Source: Desulfurivibrionaceae bacterium (GTDB lineage Bacteria > Desulfobacterota > Desulfobulbia > Desulfobulbales > SURF-16). From it: a stretch of DNA of 64,000 nucleotides. The translations under genes and the position numbers were made by a program. The notes beneath the pieces are model-generated. The model was not told where the DNA came from and did no database searches. It worked only from the letters and a program-made list of their open reading frames with translations. The stretch spans positions 1,280 through 65,279 of the forward strand of contig JAVLBA010000005.1 in NCBI GenBank assembly GCA_031581485.1, in the 5' to 3' direction. Numbering within the stretch: position 1 is the stretch's first letter; the number at the start of each line of letters is the position of its first letter. Positions 28,404 to 37,557 of the stretch are shown in pieces.

Positions 28404-29021
28404 TTAAGGAGGCCAGGGCCAGGTGTGCTCGCGGTTTCTTGCAAAACGCCAGGAAGAGGGGTGTGTCTTTCGGAACACCTCACAACCGAGATCTGCGGCA
28501 AGAATTGCCTCCTGCACCAACTTTCGCAACTCCCTCTTCCCCCCCTTGCCCTTAGTGCAGCAATTAACAACCAGATCACCTTTTTGATAATAGGATCTGA
28601 GGCGGGCGATGAAATCGTCTTCGCCACCCTCTAGCCATGCCGCACAAAAAACCTCATCCCTGACACAGGTTGGCGGTAATCCCAAAGAACATTGCCGCTG
28701 AATCGCATTGACTAATATCATGCCGTAATCTTTATATTGTTCTCCGACAACGCTCCTTATCCACTTCCGAATCTGCCGGCCGGTGCTTCCTCTGGCAGGA
28801 GCCGGCTGCTCAGCAAACTCCTGGATGTGCGGAGATTCCAGGACCATTATGAGACACTTCCTCTGAGCCGATCTCTTCTTGGCGGACCGGCGGACAGGAA
28901 AATCGCGCTGATCTGCCTCAAAGCCGCTCACCTCTCCCACATATTGGTCGGGACAGATCCTTTGCTCGGCCCCACCGACCTTCTCCAGCATAACCTGAGA
29001 AACAAGCTGTTGAAAATTCAT
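28404..29021 (-). CDS. hypothetical protein with divergent uracil-DNA-glycosylase-superfamily-like motif order
   Basis: 205 aa. CLIMVLESPHIQEF (compare GEAPG), ARGSTGRQIRKWI (compare GxAGxLL), ILVNAIQRQC (compare TNxVKC), KTHPSSW (compare HPS). Weak RBS. The functional call is inference. Confidence 0.5.
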   Translation of the reverse strand: MNFQQLVSQVMLEKVGGAEQRICPDQYVGEVSGFEADQRDFPVRRSAKKRSAQRKCLIMVLESPHIQEFAEQPAPARGSTGRQIRKWIRSVVGEQYKDYGMILVNAIQRQCSLGLPPTCVRDEVFCAAWLEGGEDDFIARLRSYYQKGDLVVNCCTKGKGGKRELRKLVQEAILAADLGCEVFRKTHPSSWRFARNREHTWPWPP

Positions 29022-29243
29022 ACTTGCTGCACCTGACGCGGATTGTTTTTTTTGGTTTTTCCTTTTTCATGACTACAAAATCCCTGGCGACACCCTTTCC
29101 GGGCCGCAATGAAGCCAGAAAAAGAGCAGCTGCGAAAGAGAAAAGGCCTTGCCTTTGAGATTGCCGCTACACCATACTATTATAAAATACGATAAAAAAA
29201 GAGTGTCGCCTTGTAAACCAATGAAAGCAACAAGGAGAATTCC

Positions 29244-31103
29244 ATGGCTGATAACGTGAGGCCCCGGCCACCGGCTGCCATGACCCGTCGCCATTTTCTG
29301 GCCACCACGGGCTCAGCGGCCCTGGCCACTTATTTGACATTGACGCGTCCGGTGGGAGCTGCCGGTCCGGGCCCGGCGCTGGCGGGAGAGTTCGGCGAAC
29401 TGGACGCCACTGCCGCCAGCGGCATTGACCTCTACCTGGAAAGACGCCCGCTGCTGGTGGGAGGCAGGCCCGGCAGCGCTATTACCATCAACGGCTCCAT
29501 CCCCGGACCTGTCATCCGCATGCAGGAAGGCGGCGAGGCGCTGATCCGCGTCCATAACCGCCTCTCCGAATCGACCTCCATTCACTGGCACGGCATTCTC
29601 CTGCCCTTTACCATGGACGGTGTGCCGGGGGTCAGCTTTCCCGGCATCCCTGCCGGCGACACCTTTACCTATCGCTTTCCGGTGCGGCAAAACGGCACCT
29701 ACTGGTATCACAGCCACACCGGCCTGCAGGAACAACTCGGCCATTACGGCCAGCTCATCATCGATCCAGCCCGGCCCGATCCGGTGGAGTATGACGTGGA
29801 GCATTCCATCGTCTTGTCAGACTGGACCTTCGAAGAGCCCCACCGGGTCCTGTGGAAGCTCAAGACCATGGAGGGCTACTACAATTTCCAGCGTCCCACC
29901 CTGGCCAATATCGACGACCAGATGGAGGCCACGGGAATGTCCTTTGGCGAAGTAATGGGCAAGCGGCTGGCCTGGAATCGGATGCGCATGGATCCCACGG
30001 ATATCGCCGATATCACCGGCGCCACCTACACCTTTTTGCTGAATGGCAAGGCCGCGCACGAAAACCCGACTTTCCTGGCCAGTGCCGGCCAGCGGGTGCG
30101 GCTGCGTATCGTCAATGCCTCCACCATGACCTTCTATGACATCCGCATTCCAGGCCTGCCCATGATGGTGGTGCAGGCCGACGGCCAGAACATCAAACCA
30201 GTAGAAACCGATGAGCTGCGTATAGCCGTGGCCGAGACCTATGACGTTGTGGTCACCCTGCCCGATGACCGGGCGTACACCCTCTTTGCCGAGACCATGG
30301 ACCGCAGCGGCTATGCCCGGGGCACCCTGGCCCCTTACCTGGGGATGGACGCTGCCCTGCCTGAGCCGCGGCAGCGGCCCATGCTCACCATGGCCGACAT
30401 GGGCATGATGCACAGCGGCATGGAGGGCATGGAGAGCAATGGCCAGGACGATATGCACCAAAAGATGGCCATGGGGAATCAAGACCATACAAAGGAGAGA
30501 CCCCACCAGACGGGGGGAGAACTCCCCACCGAGAACCTGCCCCCTCGCATCCAGCACGGACCGGCAGAGCATGGCCCGGCCAGCATCACCATGGCCCGGA
30601 CCGCTTCCCGGCGCCTGGATTATCCCGGCGCCGGACTGGGCAGCGACGGCTGGCGTGTCCTGACCTACGGCCAGCTTCGGGCCCTGGAGCGCCCCCCTGG
30701 ACGTCGGCCGCCCACCCGGCAGTTCGACCTCCACCTCACCGGTAATATGCATAAATATATCTGGGGGTTTGACGGCAAGAAATGGTCGGAGTCGGATCTG
30801 ATCCGCTTCCAGTACGGGGAGCGCCTCCGGATCAACATGATCAATGACACCATGATGAGCCACCCCATCCACCTGCATGGCATGTGGATGGATTTGTATG
30901 CCGGCGGCAATCTCCATGACAACCCGCGCAAACATACGGTCATTGTGCAGCCGGCTGAACTGCTCACCGTGGACATCACTGTCGACGCCCCGGGGCAATG
31001 GGCCTTCCACTGCCACCTGCTCTACCATATGGAGGCCGGCATGTTCCGCACCGTGGCGGTGGTCCGCTCCCTGGAAGGAGGCCCCATCCATGCCCGCTCT
31101 TAA
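29244..31103 (+). CDS. copA: copper-resistance multicopper oxidase CopA (Tat-exported)
   Basis: Tat motif MTRRHFLATTGSAALA. Copper motifs IHWHG, WYHSHTG, HPIHLHG, HCHLLYHMEAGM. Met/His-rich insert MADMGMMHSGMEGMESNGQDDMHQKMAMGNQDH. Confidence 0.92.
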   Translation: MADNVRPRPPAAMTRRHFLATTGSAALATYLTLTRPVGAAGPGPALAGEFGELDATAASGIDLYLERRPLLVGGRPGSAITINGSIPGPVIRMQEGGEALIRVHNRLSESTSIHWHGILLPFTMDGVPGVSFPGIPAGDTFTYRFPVRQNGTYWYHSHTGLQEQLGHYGQLIIDPARPDPVEYDVEHSIVLSDWTFEEPHRVLWKLKTMEGYYNFQRPTLANIDDQMEATGMSFGEVMGKRLAWNRMRMDPTDIADITGATYTFLLNGKAAHENPTFLASAGQRVRLRIVNASTMTFYDIRIPGLPMMVVQADGQNIKPVETDELRIAVAETYDVVVTLPDDRAYTLFAETMDRSGYARGTLAPYLGMDAALPEPRQRPMLTMADMGMMHSGMEGMESNGQDDMHQKMAMGNQDHTKERPHQTGGELPTENLPPRIQHGPAEHGPASITMARTASRRLDYPGAGLGSDGWRVLTYGQLRALERPPGRRPPTRQFDLHLTGNMHKYIWGFDGKKWSESDLIRFQYGERLRINMINDTMMSHPIHLHGMWMDLYAGGNLHDNPRKHTVIVQPAELLTVDITVDAPGQWAFHCHLLYHMEAGMFRTVAVVRSLEGGPIHARS

Positions 31104-32001
31104 CCGCTGTTGGCCAAGCATATCTGCTATGGTAATGGTGCTCATTGTCCCCCTCTGGGCCCGAGCCCAGGCAGATATACCCACCACGGCGGATCGACCC
31201 AGCCACCAGGAATCCGCCGCAAGGCACCAGGGCGGAGCTCCCCCGGAGATGGCCCCGCCCCCTCTGCCCGCAGGGATGAGCCTGGATGAGGTGCTCAACT
31301 ACGCAGCGAGCCCGGCCCCTGCCCATTTCCCTGCCCCGGTACCGGATGACCGGCTCTACGCCTTCACCTTCTTCGAGCAGCTCGAGTACCGGGCCGCCAC
31401 TGATGCCACCCCGGACCATCTGGGGTGGGAGGCCCAGGGCTGGATCGGCGCTGACTTCAATAAATTCTGGTGGAAGCATGAGGGTGAGGCCGTGTTTGAG
31501 GGTTCTGACCAAGGAGAGACTGAAACCGATCTGCTCTACAGTCGACTCATCACGCCGTTCTGGAACCTCCAGGCCGGCGCCCAGTATGCCAACGAATGGA
31601 ACAGCGGCAATTACCACGACCGCTGGTCAGCGGTAGCAGCAATACAGGGCATGGCACCCTACCTGTTCGAAATCGACACCTCCCTCTATATCTCCGAAGA
31701 GGCGGATGTGACCCTTGCCCTTGAAGCCGAATATGACCTCCGGATAACCCAGAGAGTGGTACTGCAGCCCCTGGTGGCAATGGGCTTTGCCGCCCAGGAC
31801 ATTGCCGAGCGGGATCTCGGAACCGGACTCACCGATGTCAATCTCGACCTGCGGCTGCGCTATGAAATCAAACGGGAATTTGCGCCCTATATCGGCATCC
31901 GCTACCAATTCCTGGTGGGGGAAACCGAAAATATCGCCGAGAAGGCCGGGGCGGACACCGAGCAGTTCTTGGTCCTGGGGGGGCTGCGCTTGGCGTTTTG
32001 A
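31090..32001 (+). CDS. copB: copper-resistance protein B (outer-membrane CopB/PcoB family)
   Basis: Signal peptide, then FFEQLEYRA...WIGADFNKFWWKHEGE...IGIRYQ...LGGLRLAF beta-barrel end. ATG 31090 overlaps the copA end by 14 nt; the track ORF is over-extended. Confidence 0.88.
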   Translation: MPALNRCWPSISAMVMVLIVPLWARAQADIPTTADRPSHQESAARHQGGAPPEMAPPPLPAGMSLDEVLNYAASPAPAHFPAPVPDDRLYAFTFFEQLEYRAATDATPDHLGWEAQGWIGADFNKFWWKHEGEAVFEGSDQGETETDLLYSRLITPFWNLQAGAQYANEWNSGNYHDRWSAVAAIQGMAPYLFEIDTSLYISEEADVTLALEAEYDLRITQRVVLQPLVAMGFAAQDIAERDLGTGLTDVNLDLRLRYEIKREFAPYIGIRYQFLVGETENIAEKAGADTEQFLVLGGLRLAF

Positions 32002-32131
32002 ATCTTTATCTCTTATGACAAAAGATCTGTCGCCGGATGTGCTCTCAGGGAAGGCCGGCCCGCGCTGGCTGTAACCAGATCAAAAATCATGATCTGGAGA
32101 GTCTTATAAGAATATCCATGGAGGAAAAACA

Positions 32132-32317
32132 ATGAAGGTATCGGTAGATCAAGATGCATGCGTGGCCTGTGGAAATTGCGAGGCCACCGCTCCGGATGTT
32201 TTTGAAATCAAAGAAGGCAAATCCCACGCCAAAATGGGGGAAGTGCCCAAAGAGCAAGAAGACAAAGTGCAAACAGCTGCAGAAGATTGCCCTTCCGAAG
32301 CTATTTCTCTGAGTTGA
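32132..32317 (+). CDS. small monocluster ferredoxin (CxxCxxC...CP, predicted [4Fe-4S])
   Basis: MKVSVDQDACVACGNCEATAPDVFE...AAEDCPSEAISLS. Confidence 0.85.
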   Translation: MKVSVDQDACVACGNCEATAPDVFEIKEGKSHAKMGEVPKEQEDKVQTAAEDCPSEAISLS

Positions 32318-32402
32318 TCTCGCCTTCCCCTTCTCAAGGGGAGGGCGGCGTTGTCTGCCTGTTATTGAAGAGTCTTATAATACTAACCTTGGAGGAAAAA
32401 CA

Positions 32403-32588
32403 ATGAAAGTATCGGTAGATCAAGATGCATGCGTAGGTTCTGGAAATTGCGAAGCCACTGCCCCGGATGTTTTTGAGGTCAAAGGGGGCAAATCCCACGT
32501 CAAAATGAGCGAGGTGCCCAAAGAGCAGGAAGATAATGTGAAAACAGCCGCGGAAGGGTGTCCTTCCGGAGCTATTTCTGTGAGTTGA
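32403..32588 (+). CDS. small monocluster ferredoxin paralog (CxxSxxC...CP, predicted [3Fe-4S] or Ser-ligated cluster)
   Basis: MKVSVDQDACVGSGNCEATAPDVFE...AAEGCPSGAISVS. The second Cys of the motif is replaced by Ser. Confidence 0.85.
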   Translation: MKVSVDQDACVGSGNCEATAPDVFEVKGGKSHVKMSEVPKEQEDNVKTAAEGCPSGAISVS

Positions 32589-32654
32589 TCTCACCCCCAC
32601 CCCTCCTCAAGGGTAGAGCAGGTCTGAAAAGTTTTCGCCTTCTCTTTTGACACC

Positions 32655-32701
32655 CCAAAACGGCCAGGCAAAAACAGTCCTTCTTTGCCTGGCCGTTTTG
32701 G
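32655..32701. terminator. bidirectional terminator (18-bp perfect inverted repeat)
   Basis: CCAAAACGGCCAGGCAAA-11 nt-TTTGCCTGGCCGTTTTGG. The GC core is flanked by A4/U4 on both strands, between convergent fdx (+) and the DUF4079-like gene (-). Confidence 0.7.
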
Positions 32702-32799
32702 ATCTTAAGCGCAAAAAGAGCCCGGGCTCCTCTCCCGGCGTCCCCCTCATCTTGGCACGAGGCATCTGCCCTTCCCTCTGGGCGGCAGATACCGCCTGT

Positions 32800-33246
32800 T
32801 CAGAGCAAGATCCCCAGGCCGAGAAAGATCTGCACCAGATAGAGCGACAGGATGGTGATTCCCAGCAGAAAGTGGGCCTGGCGGAAGGAAGTGGCCTCCG
32901 GGCCGGCGATCTTCCGGGAGACCAGAAAGGTGGCCAGCAGCAAGAAAACAATAAGAGTCCCCACCAGCAGATGCACAGGATGGTGGAAGATATCGCCGGA
33001 ATGGAGCAAGACCAGGGTAAGACCGGCCCCATAACCCAACGCCCCCAGGATGGCCAGAATCGGTCCCAGTTTGCGGTGGCGCCTGATGGCCGCGGCAGGC
33101 CGGGCGGCGTCCTGTTGCCGGCTCCGTCTGATCTGGAGGCCGAAGCGCGCTGTGTAGAAAAACAGCCCCGCCACCACCAGGTTAAAAAGGCCGTGCCCCA
33201 GCCGCAGCCAGGGCAGGAGTTCTCTACTTATCAACGGATATTCCAT
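32800..33246 (-). CDS. 4-TM membrane protein (DUF4079-like)
   Basis: Four hydrophobic helices with conserved-looking His (HGLFN, HHPVHLLVG, HFLLG). Family name from memory. Confidence 0.55.
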   Translation of the reverse strand: MEYPLISRELLPWLRLGHGLFNLVVAGLFFYTARFGLQIRRSRQQDAARPAAAIRRHRKLGPILAILGALGYGAGLTLVLLHSGDIFHHPVHLLVGTLIVFLLLATFLVSRKIAGPEATSFRQAHFLLGITILSLYLVQIFLGLGILL

Positions 33247-33259
33247 GCGACCTCCTCTT

Positions 33260-33706
33260 TTATTTCACTACCTCGATTATCCCTTCCATGCCCTTTTCAC
33301 GGTGGCTTTCAAACCATAAAAGGGACTTGTCACAGTACATCTCATACCTGCCCGTTTTGGTGGGAGTGAAGCGGATTGGCTGGAACTCATCATCCACATC
33401 CACCTTAAAATCAATGCCTGCTGCCGGGGCCTGCACGATGATATTATGGGGCACAAAGCCGTCGACCTTGCGCACAAGAAGTTCCACGGGCTTATCAACC
33501 TGCACCACGATATGTTTCGGCTCAAAATAATATTCCCCGCTGATCACCTCCAACCGCTGCACCCCATCCTCACCGACCTTAGCCACCACTCGTTTTCCTT
33601 TACCTTCTTCAGCCTCTTCTGCGGCCTCGGCCCTGGTAGCGAGCAAAGGATGCAAAGCAAGAAGCATCAGAACCAAAAGGGAGATTGTCCATGTATGCGC
33701 TTTCAT
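33260..33706 (-). CDS. secreted cupredoxin-domain protein (type-1 copper ligand pattern)
   Basis: Signal peptide MKAHTWTISLLVLMLLALHPLLATRAEA. Candidate ligands PHNIIV ... YCDKSLLWFESHREKGM (H...C...H...M). Confidence 0.75.
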   Translation of the reverse strand: MKAHTWTISLLVLMLLALHPLLATRAEAAEEAEEGKGKRVVAKVGEDGVQRLEVISGEYYFEPKHIVVQVDKPVELLVRKVDGFVPHNIIVQAPAAGIDFKVDVDDEFQPIRFTPTKTGRYEMYCDKSLLWFESHREKGMEGIIEVVK

Positions 33707-34067
33707 TGCCGCCTCCTTTAGATTGTTAACGTCTTCTCTTCATCAAAGCATAATCACAAACCCATCACCAGAAAAAATATTGAGAGAAGACAATTGCCGA
33801 CCAATCACCCCGAAATCCTTGCGGGACGGATCCTTGAAGGATCTTCCCACAGGACGTGATGCAGCCGGTCACCGGAAATAAAGAGGGCGTCCTTGCTAAA
33901 AACAAGCCTATTTTGAGAGGTGCGTTATAATGCTGCAGAGCAGTCAGACAGCGGCCCATCTGTTTTCAGTGGTCTTGCCATACTTGTTTGTTTACTTTAA
34001 ATTGAGCATAAGGGATTCCAGTACAGGCTTAATCCTTTATTTTATCCTCTTCCCACCTCTGTGAAAA

Positions 34068-34631
34068 ATGGAAAAACAGATTGTCAGCCGCTCATTTACG
34101 TCGTTTCTTTTCAAGATGCGGCCTGTTTTCCGATGGTTTATCCGGTTGCGCAGCTCCCCCCGGGACATAGCGGGCGGCTTTTCCATAGGCGTCTTTATCG
34201 CCTTTACTCCCACCATTGGCCTGCAGGTCATATTAGCCATCATTCTGGCCACCATGGTGAATGTGAATCGTCCTGCCGCAATCTTAGCGGTCTGGGTAAC
34301 CAACCCGGTGACCATACCGGTGATTTTCACTTTCAATTACTGGGTGGGCAGTCTTATCTTGCCCGGCCCTTCCGTGGCCACGGTATCCCGCTATCTGTTT
34401 GACTTGGCCGCGACCATTTCCCATCTGGATATCTGGGAAATAAAAGATCAATTGGGGGCTGTTTCCAGATTGGGTATGGATGTTATTTATCCTCTGGTGG
34501 TGGGCAGCATTATTGTGGGGACCTTATGCGCCACCCTGACCTATGTGATCCTCTATAGATTGTTAGAATATTTTCTTGCCCGCCGTAAGCAGCGCAGGGA
34601 ATACAAGAAAGAGCAATCTGCAAAGAAGTAA
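34068..34631 (+). CDS. DUF2062-family membrane protein
   Basis: SPRDIAGGFSIGVFIAFTPTIGLQVILAIILA...NPVTIPVIFTFNYWVG. Confidence 0.7.
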   Translation: MEKQIVSRSFTSFLFKMRPVFRWFIRLRSSPRDIAGGFSIGVFIAFTPTIGLQVILAIILATMVNVNRPAAILAVWVTNPVTIPVIFTFNYWVGSLILPGPSVATVSRYLFDLAATISHLDIWEIKDQLGAVSRLGMDVIYPLVVGSIIVGTLCATLTYVILYRLLEYFLARRKQRREYKKEQSAKK

Positions 34632-34680
34632 TCTGGAATGCCCGCCACCTCTCCTTTTGCCGCCTCCATGATGATCTTCC

Positions 34681-35940
34681 CTAGATATCCATAACGGCTT
34701 TGGCGATCAAAAAATAGACCACCAGCCCACTGGCATCGACAACAGTGGTGACCACCGGCGCACTGACCACTGCCGGATCAATGTCCAGGCGCCTTGCCAA
34801 CAGAGGCATGCCGGAACCCACCAGGGTGGCCAAGGTGCAGATGACCACCAGGGTAAGGGAGACAATGGCAGCCATTGAGCCATCAAAGATCAAAAGAACA
34901 GGCAGATAGGTCAAAAGGCCCAGGGCCCCTCCCAGCAAAAGCCCCACCCGGGTTTCTCGGAGTATCACCGCAGCCACCCCGGCCACATCATCCGTGGCAA
35001 TGGCCCTTGTGACGGTGGTGGCGGCTTGCGCGCCGCTGTTTCCCCCCACCCCGATCAAGAGCGGGATAAAGAGCGAAAGGGTCACAACCTGTTCCAGGAG
35101 ACCTTCGAAGATATTGAGCACCTGGACCGTAAGCGTTCCGGCAATGGCCAGCAGCGTTAACCACACCAGACGGGAGCGGGTCAATTCAAAGACGCTGATG
35201 GAAAAATAGGGACGCCGCAAGGGCTCGGTGGCAGCAGCGCGTGCGAAGTCTTCTTCCCTTTCATAATGGATGACATCCAAGGCATCATCCACGGTCACCA
35301 AGCCAAGGAGCCTTCCTGAGGCATCCACCACCGGCAGGGCCAGCAGGTCAGCGGCCTGTATCAAACGCGCCACTTCCTCCTGATCGGTTTCAGGTGTTGT
35401 CCTGGGCACATTAGCCACCATCAACCCGGATATCTCCTGATCGGCATCAGCCAGCACCAGTTGGCACAAGGTCAGCAGGCCAAGGAGCCGCCCGTCGTCA
35501 TCCAGCACCGGCAGCACATGTAGTGTACCGGCACGATGACCTTGCCGGCGGATACGGTCCAGCGCCTCTGCAACGGTGAGCGAGGGCGACAGGGCCAGAT
35601 ACTCCGGGGTCATGATATGACCGGCACTCTCTTTCGGATACGAGAGGAGTTTCTGGGTCAACCACCGTTCGCGTGCACTCAGGTTTGCCAGCAGCGCCTG
35701 GGCCACCGGAGTTGTCAGGGTATCAAGAAGACGGACCCGATCATCGGGGTCCAGATCCATGATCAGCTGATCCACCTTCTCCGGGGGCAGCCATTGCAGA
35801 AGCTCCTCCTGCAATGACGGTTCAAGCTGCTCAAAGATGGCCAGCGCCTCCTCGGGCCGAAAATCAAGCAACGCTTCGGCGCGCTGAGGAGGATCAAGCC
35901 GCCTCAGGCTACTGACGATGTCGTGTATTGCTTCTTCCAT
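34681..35940 (-). CDS. mgtE: magnesium transporter MgtE
   Basis: N-domain, CBS pair (HIMTPEYLAL..., VLPVLDDDGRLLGLLT, LPVVDASGRLLGLVT), and TM domain with GVGGNSGAQAATT. Confidence 0.92.
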   Translation of the reverse strand: MEEAIHDIVSSLRRLDPPQRAEALLDFRPEEALAIFEQLEPSLQEELLQWLPPEKVDQLIMDLDPDDRVRLLDTLTTPVAQALLANLSARERWLTQKLLSYPKESAGHIMTPEYLALSPSLTVAEALDRIRRQGHRAGTLHVLPVLDDDGRLLGLLTLCQLVLADADQEISGLMVANVPRTTPETDQEEVARLIQAADLLALPVVDASGRLLGLVTVDDALDVIHYEREEDFARAAATEPLRRPYFSISVFELTRSRLVWLTLLAIAGTLTVQVLNIFEGLLEQVVTLSLFIPLLIGVGGNSGAQAATTVTRAIATDDVAGVAAVILRETRVGLLLGGALGLLTYLPVLLIFDGSMAAIVSLTLVVICTLATLVGSGMPLLARRLDIDPAVVSAPVVTTVVDASGLVVYFLIAKAVMDI

Positions 35941-36015
35941 ACCAGCTCATCCTTATATGCTTTGATCAAACCATGATCATCATTGCCCCTCTCGTGAGGG
36001 GCAGAGAGGGAGAAA

Positions 36016-37416
36016 TTATCTCTGCTCCTCTTCCTGGTCTGGGGATTCTTCGAGCCTTGCTTCTGATGGTCGCTGGCCAAAGCCCAGGGATACCCAGACC
36101 AGGCGCCCCATCCAGCGCACCGGCTGCAGGGGCAGAACCAGCACATCCAGATAGGCCAGATCAGGCAGGATCCCTTCTTCGGGCAGATTTTTCAGCAGGA
36201 AGGAGACGGAGAGCCCCAAAAAAATGGCAATCGCAAAGCAGAGCCGAAAACCCAGGATGCCGAAATGCTCGATGAGCTGTCCTGCCAGGATAGGCGGAAT
36301 GGCGTTGGCCAGAGAAACCCCGATGATCCACAGAGAGGTATAGCCGATGCGCCCCTCGTTTTTCACCTGGCCGAGCATGGCGCGGGAAGCCACGGTAAAG
36401 AGAGTGATACTGAACACCATGCTGCCCACCATGGCCAGCATGGCCAGGGCAAAACCGAACCTGCTGCCGGGCAGCAGGAAAAACCAGCAGAGGGTGGCAA
36501 CCGCATGCAGGTGGAGCATCCTGGCCATAACCCGGTTGCTGCCCTTCCTTTCAGCCCGCTTTGACCAGAAGCTCACCGTCAGGGCCACGCCCATGGCGCC
36601 CACGGCCGTAATGAACATGATCCTGCCGTCAGTAAAGTGCATAATATCCCGCAGGTACATAACCGCGGAACTGCCCACCCACATCAGCGAGGAGAAGGCC
36701 AGTGAGATCACCATGATGAAATGGCGGTAGGGCTTATCGGCGAGGGCCTTGTAAAAGGCGGCATAGCGCCTGTCATCGGCGGCCAGCTGCGGGCCCCGCC
36801 GCCCCCCTGGCATAAAAAAAAGCATGCCGACACTGATAAGACCGATCAGCACCCCGGCCCCATAGATATAATAAAAAGAAGAAAGGCCGCTGAAGCGGAC
36901 CAGCACCTGGGCAATCAAGACGGCCAACAAAATATTGGTGACCTGCACCAGGATCGTCTCGGTATTGAAATAATCGGCGAGGTTCTCCGTGGGCACAATC
37001 TCATGGAGCCACGGATACCAGGCGCCGACCCCAAAGGCCCTGACCAGGGAAAAGCCGAGCACCGCCAGGAGCAGCATCAGCCAGCCGGCCTGCTGGCCGT
37101 ACCGGGCGGTGAGCAGCGGAATAAAAAAAACAGTGGAGATCAGGAGATTGCGCAGCAGCCAGCTGGTGATCATCAATTTCCTGGGACCAAGCAGTTCCAC
37201 GGCAGGGATACTGAGCACCACCAGGAGCATGGAAATGGGAATAAAGGAAAGGAGCAGCCCCACCAAGCCGGGAGGCATGCCCAGAGAACGGGCAAAGAGG
37301 ACCAGCACCTGACCGACAATGCATTGCCAGGAAGCCAGGTTGACAATGGAAAAAAACAAAAAGGCGCGAGGGGCCGGTGTCAGTCTGGTAAAGGATCTAG
37401 AGAAGGAAAAACCCAT
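36016..37416 (-). CDS. MFS-type transporter, unknown substrate
   Basis: 466 aa with about 12 hydrophobic segments. Sits between malQ and mgtE on the same strand. Confidence 0.75.
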   Translation of the reverse strand: MGFSFSRSFTRLTPAPRAFLFFSIVNLASWQCIVGQVLVLFARSLGMPPGLVGLLLSFIPISMLLVVLSIPAVELLGPRKLMITSWLLRNLLISTVFFIPLLTARYGQQAGWLMLLLAVLGFSLVRAFGVGAWYPWLHEIVPTENLADYFNTETILVQVTNILLAVLIAQVLVRFSGLSSFYYIYGAGVLIGLISVGMLFFMPGGRRGPQLAADDRRYAAFYKALADKPYRHFIMVISLAFSSLMWVGSSAVMYLRDIMHFTDGRIMFITAVGAMGVALTVSFWSKRAERKGSNRVMARMLHLHAVATLCWFFLLPGSRFGFALAMLAMVGSMVFSITLFTVASRAMLGQVKNEGRIGYTSLWIIGVSLANAIPPILAGQLIEHFGILGFRLCFAIAIFLGLSVSFLLKNLPEEGILPDLAYLDVLVLPLQPVRWMGRLVWVSLGFGQRPSEARLEESPDQEEEQR

Positions 37417-37557
37417 GATCGCCCTCGCGAAAACACCCTATATTACAACATATCGGCCTCAAGAGGTGGAAAAGAGTGGGGCAGCCAAGGCGGAAACCCT
37501 GAGAAAGGAGCAGGCCCGCCACTGTTTCAGCAGGAGGGTTGCCGATATGTTCTTGCC

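Larger units (their letters stand above)
32097..32622. repeat. tandem duplication (2 x about 271 bp), each copy carrying RBS + 61-aa ferredoxin gene + trailing hairpin region
   Basis: Period 271 nt (ATG 32132 versus 32403). The upstream GAGTCTTATAA...GGAGGAAAAACAATGAA is shared. By hand count there are 27 mismatches in the 186-nt CDS. Confidence 0.8.

Noticed and set aside
35941-36015. Looked for an M-box (Mg2+) riboswitch upstream of mgtE.
   Set aside because: Only 75 nt separate the MFS stop from the mgtE start, too short for the roughly 160-nt M-box, and no matching conserved segments were seen.
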